A DNA stretch of 64,000 bases from an uncultured virus (IMG/VR IMGVR_UViG_3300015607_003164) (taxonomy: Duplodnaviria; Heunggongvirae; Uroviricota; Caudoviricetes): the IMG/VR virus record IMGVR_UViG_3300015607_003164, one strand, 5' to 3'. Position 1 is the stretch's first letter. The number at the start of each line of letters is the position of its first letter. Under the pieces are notes generated by a model. The model worked only from the letters and a program-made list of their open reading frames with translations. It did no database searches and had not been told where the DNA came from. Shown in pieces: positions 60,184 through 64,000 of this stretch. A program made the translations under genes and the position numbers.

Positions 60184-60261
60184 TTAATTTCTATAATTTT
60201 TTATAAAAGAATATAAAAAGATGTTTATATCCTTTTCTTATATATAAAAAAACGCTAAAGT

Positions 60262-60405
60262 TTTAGTATCCACATTATGTAAAACATAATAGGAATCTTT
60301 CATTAAAGGTATATTTTTCTCTTGCTCCCCAGCGGCAATAAATAAACAATTTTTGAAATCTAGATTTTCAAAGTTATTATCACTGAACCAATATGTTTCA
60401 TAGGT
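60262..60405 (-). pseudogene. Internal fragment of an unknown gene
   Basis: Open frame YETYWFSDNNFENLDFKNCLFIAAGEQEKNIPLMKDSYYVLHNVD with no apparent start. Confidence 0.45.
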
Positions 60406-60466
60406 TAAACAAGAGATGTTAAAGATAACGCCAAGGAATTATACCGGTATGTAAGGAGATTATTAA

Positions 60467-60710
60467 ATGATAATGGTTTGTATTAAAAGACTAAACGTGA
60501 TTGGTGGTGTAGTTAGTAATTTAACTATTGGTAAGCAATATGATGTATCTGTTTTACCAATACCATTAAATGAAAGTGATGAGATGAAAGAACCGGCTAA
60601 TCCAAAAGTGGGTATGGGGTGATGATATTAATTCAGATTATCAATATCCTATGGAAGCATTTGTTACGTTAGATGAATGGAGAGAAATGCAGTTAAATAA
60701 ACTTATTTAA
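60467..60710 (+). pseudogene. Small beta-rich protein with C-terminal tag, frameshifted near 60605
   Basis: MIMVCIKR..NLTIGKQYDV then +1 frame WVWGDD..YPMEAFVTLDEWREMQLNKLI*. Confidence 0.65.
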
Positions 60711-61599
60711 TTATCTTAATATCAACACGCATATTCTTGTTGAACCAATTACCTGCTGGATCATATTCTTCTTCATCATCAGGTACTACGTTAGATTTAC
60801 CTTTACCAACAGCCACAACTCTTTCGGCTTCTATTCCTTTACTGATAAGCATCATCTTAACTGATTCAGCTCTTCTACCATCAAGATCTTCTTGACCTTT
60901 TTGTTTAGCTACTTCATCAGAGAAGTTAGCCCAACCTTCTATTGAAACTCTAATAGTTTTATACTTATTAAGAATATCTACAATAGCATTAATATCTTTT
61001 TCAGAATATTCTCTTATCTTAGTTGATAGTTGATAAAAGAATATCTTACTTGATAATTCATCCAATTTAATTTGAATTGCTTCAGTAGATTCTAAATCTG
61101 CTAATAATTCTAAATACACTTCAAACTTACCTAAGTCAGTTGCCCATTTTCTACCATCAGTAGAATCAATCCACATCTTTTTGTTAATCTCAGATACCTT
61201 AGGTGTTATAAACTCAAACCAATCTTGAATAGCTGGCTTAGCTCTATCTAATTGACCATACTTAACTTCTCTAGCAATAAGGTCTAATAATTCAGTAACT
61301 TTAGTAGATTCTGCTTTATATCTTGAATGAAGAGATTTAGCATAACCTTCTTTGAACACTCTACTACATCTATATAAGATATCTACTATCTCAGACATAA
61401 GATATTTATCTATTGGCTTATTAGTCTTAAATGTACCATCTTCGATTCTATCATTAATAAAGTCTAATTTACTTTGACAAGAGTTATTAATAGGATTCCA
61501 AATCATACCTTTTCCACATGACTTATGTACATAAGAAAACTTATAGAATATGTCTTGAGGTATTGGATTAAATTCTTCGTATAGCTTTAAGTGTTTCAT
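60703..61599 (-). CDS. Capsid-tag protein with C-terminal OmpA-like peptidoglycan-binding domain
   Basis: MKHLKLYEEF; VSIEGWAN..LDGRRAESVK..LISKGIEAERV.AVGKG..NMRVDI. Confidence 0.8.
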   Translation of the reverse strand: MKHLKLYEEFNPIPQDIFYKFSYVHKSCGKGMIWNPINNSCQSKLDFINDRIEDGTFKTNKPIDKYLMSEIVDILYRCSRVFKEGYAKSLHSRYKAESTKVTELLDLIAREVKYGQLDRAKPAIQDWFEFITPKVSEINKKMWIDSTDGRKWATDLGKFEVYLELLADLESTEAIQIKLDELSSKIFFYQLSTKIREYSEKDINAIVDILNKYKTIRVSIEGWANFSDEVAKQKGQEDLDGRRAESVKMMLISKGIEAERVVAVGKGKSNVVPDDEEEYDPAGNWFNKNMRVDIKIIK

Positions 61600-61681
61600 A
61601 TCATATATATTAAAAAATAAATATTCGAAATTTGTTTGAAATACAAACGAGGTTATGTAACTTTACATTAAATCATTGACT

Positions 61682-62041
61682 ATGAGAAAAATACTTTTCC
61701 TACTACTTTTAATGTCTTGTACAAAACCTGTACAATCTCACGTTGTTAGAGTTATTACTTATGCCGTTGATACCACTGGTCAGTATGTTCAACCAAGTAA
61801 TACTGCCATGTATTTGAATAACTCTAAATGTATTTGTTTTCCAGATACTAGTTATGGTATTAACACTAATCCTACATTTAATCTTGAAACAGTAAATGAT
61901 GGTGATGAATTACATATTATTTCTTTTTTGAATGCTGGTGAGCCAATACAATATAAAACTATTCGTGTTTATGTAGATAATCGAATGGTGTTAAATATAT
62001 CTAATGCGGTTAGTATAGACCATACAGTTAGATTACGGTAA
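61682..62041 (+). CDS. Putative lipoprotein
   Basis: MRKILFLLLLMSC lipobox-like; host-type promoter 61635-61665; terminator 62044-62075. Confidence 0.7.
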   Translation: MRKILFLLLLMSCTKPVQSHVVRVITYAVDTTGQYVQPSNTAMYLNNSKCICFPDTSYGINTNPTFNLETVNDGDELHIISFLNAGEPIQYKTIRVYVDNRMVLNISNAVSIDHTVRLR

Positions 62042-62090
62042 ATAAAAAAGCCTCTTATTATTAAGAGGCTTTTTTAATATTATAATACTA

Positions 62091-62210
62091 TTATTCAAAA
62101 GGAGTATCTGCGCTCCAAGTTGCTCTTTCTTGAGCTTGCTGTCTTTGAAGTTCAGCTTGACGTTGCGCCGCCATCTGTCTCATAATATCTTCTAATGATT
62201 TACCTGCCAT
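62091..62210 (-). CDS. 39-aa Gln-rich ORF (possibly internally deleted)
   Basis: MAGKSLEDIMRQMAAQRQAELQRQQAQERATWSADTPFE with TATATATA upstream. Confidence 0.5.
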   Translation of the reverse strand: MAGKSLEDIMRQMAAQRQAELQRQQAQERATWSADTPFE

Positions 62211-62313
62211 AAATAATTTTTATTTTTATAATGTATATATAAAAACCTAAATTATAAAATTAAAAAAATAGTGATTTATTTTAATATATAGATTAATTAA
62301 AAAAAGTAATAAT

Positions 62314-62970
62314 ATGAAATACTTAAAAATATTTGAAACATTTGAATTAGGCACAGCATTTACTGAAGAGGAAAATTCTGATAAAATTGACGTTGAAGGA
62401 ATTGAAGTCATTTTAATTAATCTTCCCAATTGGATTAAATCCAGCGATGTACTGTTATACACTGTTGAAATGTCTAAAGCTGGAGCTTTAACCATGTACC
62501 CTATATGCTTTGATAATCTTAATAATGCTAAAAATTATATTAAATCATTTGTTGATAGTGATGAAAATTACAAAGATTCGAAATTTGTAATAAGAACATT
62601 GTCTTTAAGTAAAGGTAATGTTTCAAATAATATTAATACTCAATTAGATACACCACCAAAGTGGGTTAAGAATCCAAGAGTGTGGGCTATGGATAAAATA
62701 GTTGAGCTTTTTACACCAGAATCAAATATATATAAAGTAGCAACTACTTATGTAGAAAGTAAAATATTTGACTTCAAAGATTTAAAAAAGTTAGAATCAA
62801 ATATAAGAGCTATTTATCAATCTTGTAAAGACAAGAAAGAATTAGATGTTAAAGACCATGTTAGGAGATTCAAATCAGAATTGGCTAAAACTAAGAATAA
62901 AGACTTAGTTAATAATAAAGATAAATATACTCAGGTTTATAAATTTGAAAATCTATTAACCTACTTTTAA
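62314..62970 (+). CDS. Capsid-tag hypothetical protein
   Basis: MKYLKIFETF. Confidence 0.7.
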   Translation: MKYLKIFETFELGTAFTEEENSDKIDVEGIEVILINLPNWIKSSDVLLYTVEMSKAGALTMYPICFDNLNNAKNYIKSFVDSDENYKDSKFVIRTLSLSKGNVSNNINTQLDTPPKWVKNPRVWAMDKIVELFTPESNIYKVATTYVESKIFDFKDLKKLESNIRAIYQSCKDKKELDVKDHVRRFKSELAKTKNKDLVNNKDKYTQVYKFENLLTYF

Positions 62971-62976
62971 TAAATA

Positions 62977-63008
62977 TTTGGTGGTTTAATTCATTATCCT
63001 TATCTTTG
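62977..63008 (+). promoter_or_regulatory. Bacteroidota-type promoter TTTG-N20-TATCTTTG
   Basis: Both elements, canonical spacing. Confidence 0.8.
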
Positions 63009-63026
63009 TCTAACAAAACCACTACA

Positions 63027-63206
63027 ATGTCTATATTACTTTTCTTAATCGTTATTGCCTTAGTTTGGAAGTTTGCTCCTTCTATCTTTGAATTCATACT
63101 TGGTATGTTTATCATCCAGCTTATCTGGCAAGTTATTAAACTTATCTTAAAATTTGGTTTAGTTGCCTTACTATTATTAGTAGTATTTCATTTCCTTTTA
63201 AGATAA
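63027..63206 (+). CDS. Small hydrophobic membrane protein
   Basis: ATG 63027; almost entirely hydrophobic. Confidence 0.65.
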   Translation: MSILLFLIVIALVWKFAPSIFEFILGMFIIQLIWQVIKLILKFGLVALLLLVVFHFLLR

Positions 63207-63273
63207 TACAAAATTCTGCTGCAGATTTCTGTATATTTAAAATAAATCGTATATTTGTTTTATAGATAAAATC

Positions 63274-63624
63274 ATGAAATACATCATAACATTAATATTA
63301 GCCTTATTCACCTTAACGGCTTTTGCTGGTGGTCGAGACTCATTAGGAGTATTCCCACCAACCTTAAACACTGAATCACAAACTATTAACCTAAGACTTA
63401 ATAAACCATCTGAAGCCAGAACAAATGGATTTCTAATGGTTGCTGGTGGTCTTATGTTTTCCACAATTGGTGTTTGTCTTGAGAATAAACGTAAAGTAGA
63501 TAACATACCAGATGGTCACTTTGGTTATAGTAAAAGAAACCATATAGCATTTAACTATTCTGTTTTATCAATTGGTGTCACCTTATCTATAACAGGTGGT
63601 GCTATTATCTACCGATTAAAATAA
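63274..63624 (+). CDS. Secreted/membrane protein
   Basis: Signal peptide plus two hydrophobic segments; TATATTTG at 63250-63257. Confidence 0.65.
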   Translation: MKYIITLILALFTLTAFAGGRDSLGVFPPTLNTESQTINLRLNKPSEARTNGFLMVAGGLMFSTIGVCLENKRKVDNIPDGHFGYSKRNHIAFNYSVLSIGVTLSITGGAIIYRLK

Positions 63625-63629
63625 ATATT

Positions 63630-63932
63630 ATGAAAGACAAAGCTGAATTCTTAATCAAAGCCTTTACTAAAGCTTATAAAGAAAACCCAGATTCTTTTGG
63701 TACTCCTGTATTCGAATTCTCAGAAGATATTCGTGATGCTAAACCTGGTACCGTAGTTACTCAATATGGTGACTTCTTTTTTATTATGCCTTCTCGAATT
63801 AGTAATTTAGAACTACCTATCTTACAGGTTCTTTTAAGTCGTCCTTTTAATGGCACACTTTATCAATCTAACTATGACCATCAGTTACAGATTCGTGTAA
63901 GTGGATATGATGTTGAAAAATTAATGAAATAA
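63630..63932 (+). CDS. Hypothetical protein
   Basis: 100-aa ORF in the + operon. Confidence 0.6.
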   Translation: MKDKAEFLIKAFTKAYKENPDSFGTPVFEFSEDIRDAKPGTVVTQYGDFFFIMPSRISNLELPILQVLLSRPFNGTLYQSNYDHQLQIRVSGYDVEKLMK

Positions 63933-63935
63933 TAT

Positions 63936-64000
63936 ATGGAAGCAATTGCAAATTTTGGTTGGTTATTATTATTAACCTTTATGTTAGTTATGTCTATTAC
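63936..64000 (+). CDS. Partial membrane protein (runs off window)
   Basis: MEAIANFGWLLLLTFMLVMSI... Confidence 0.45.
   Translation, partial: MEAIANFGWLLLLTFMLVMSI

Noticed and set aside
3835..63506. Shadow ORFs in the track (3835, 12575, 14314, 14325, 14835, 15604, 21405, 21659, 23083, 27548, 31571, 33252, 37592, 38424, 38930, 41189, 41989, 44402, 47641, 50664, 53906, 56362, 62247, 62909, 63237)
   Set aside because: Antisense or alternate-frame overlaps of better-supported genes, with no motifs or expression signals
1..64000. CRISPR array, tRNA genes, integrase/transposase, reverse transcriptase/DGR
   Set aside because: No regularly spaced repeats, cloverleafs or diagnostic motifs seen by eye; a tRNAscan/CRISPR search would be needed to be certain
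1..64000. Stop-codon reassignment
   Set aside because: Conserved genes are full length in the standard code and TAA, TAG and TGA all end genes; broken genes change frame or homology rather than reading through a stop
1..64000. Eukaryotic giant virus origin (eukaryote-like NrdB, HNH family, Hsp70)
   Set aside because: gp32, gp13, Rnl1, GrpE, overlapping operons, intrinsic terminators and Bacteroidota promoters indicate a bacteriophage

Overview
AT-rich, gene-dense 64 kb segment of a large T4-related (jumbo-type) tailed phage. It carries a gp32-like SSB, a gp13-like neck protein and an Rnl1-type RNA ligase. The host is probably a member of Bacteroidota, inferred from TTTG-N19-20-TAnnTTTG promoters and an SprB-repeat gene. 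Recognisable genes cover nucleotide metabolism (class II RNR nrdJ, truncated nrdB, IMPDH/GMPR, deoC, NDT-like, dNMP kinase, truncated purB), chaperones and redox (dnaK, dnaJ, grpE, trxB), RNA repair and counter-defence (two RNA ligases, Acb1-like 2H phosphoesterase, Mesh1/SpoT-type HD hydrolase, HAD proteins) and about 10 homing endonucleases. I saw no tRNA, rRNA gene or CRISPR array. Most notable: (1) A ~88-nt predicted three-hairpin RNA at 15405-15492 (minus strand) with its own promoter and terminator. Two of its loops carry 8-mers exactly complementary to adjacent segments of 23S rRNA H69-H71. (2) About 32 proteins, including enzymes, share an N-terminal tag resembling the T4 capsid-targeting sequence (MKxLKxF/Y..E). 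(3) About 15 unrelated proteins share a different C-terminal tag (R-[DE]-x-x-[IL]-x-x-[IL]). (4) Three promoter classes occur, often placed so that transcripts would be leaderless. (5) About a dozen deletion-like junctions and two homopolymer frameshifts may be biological or assembly artefacts. All calls come from reading motifs by eye; no searches were run.
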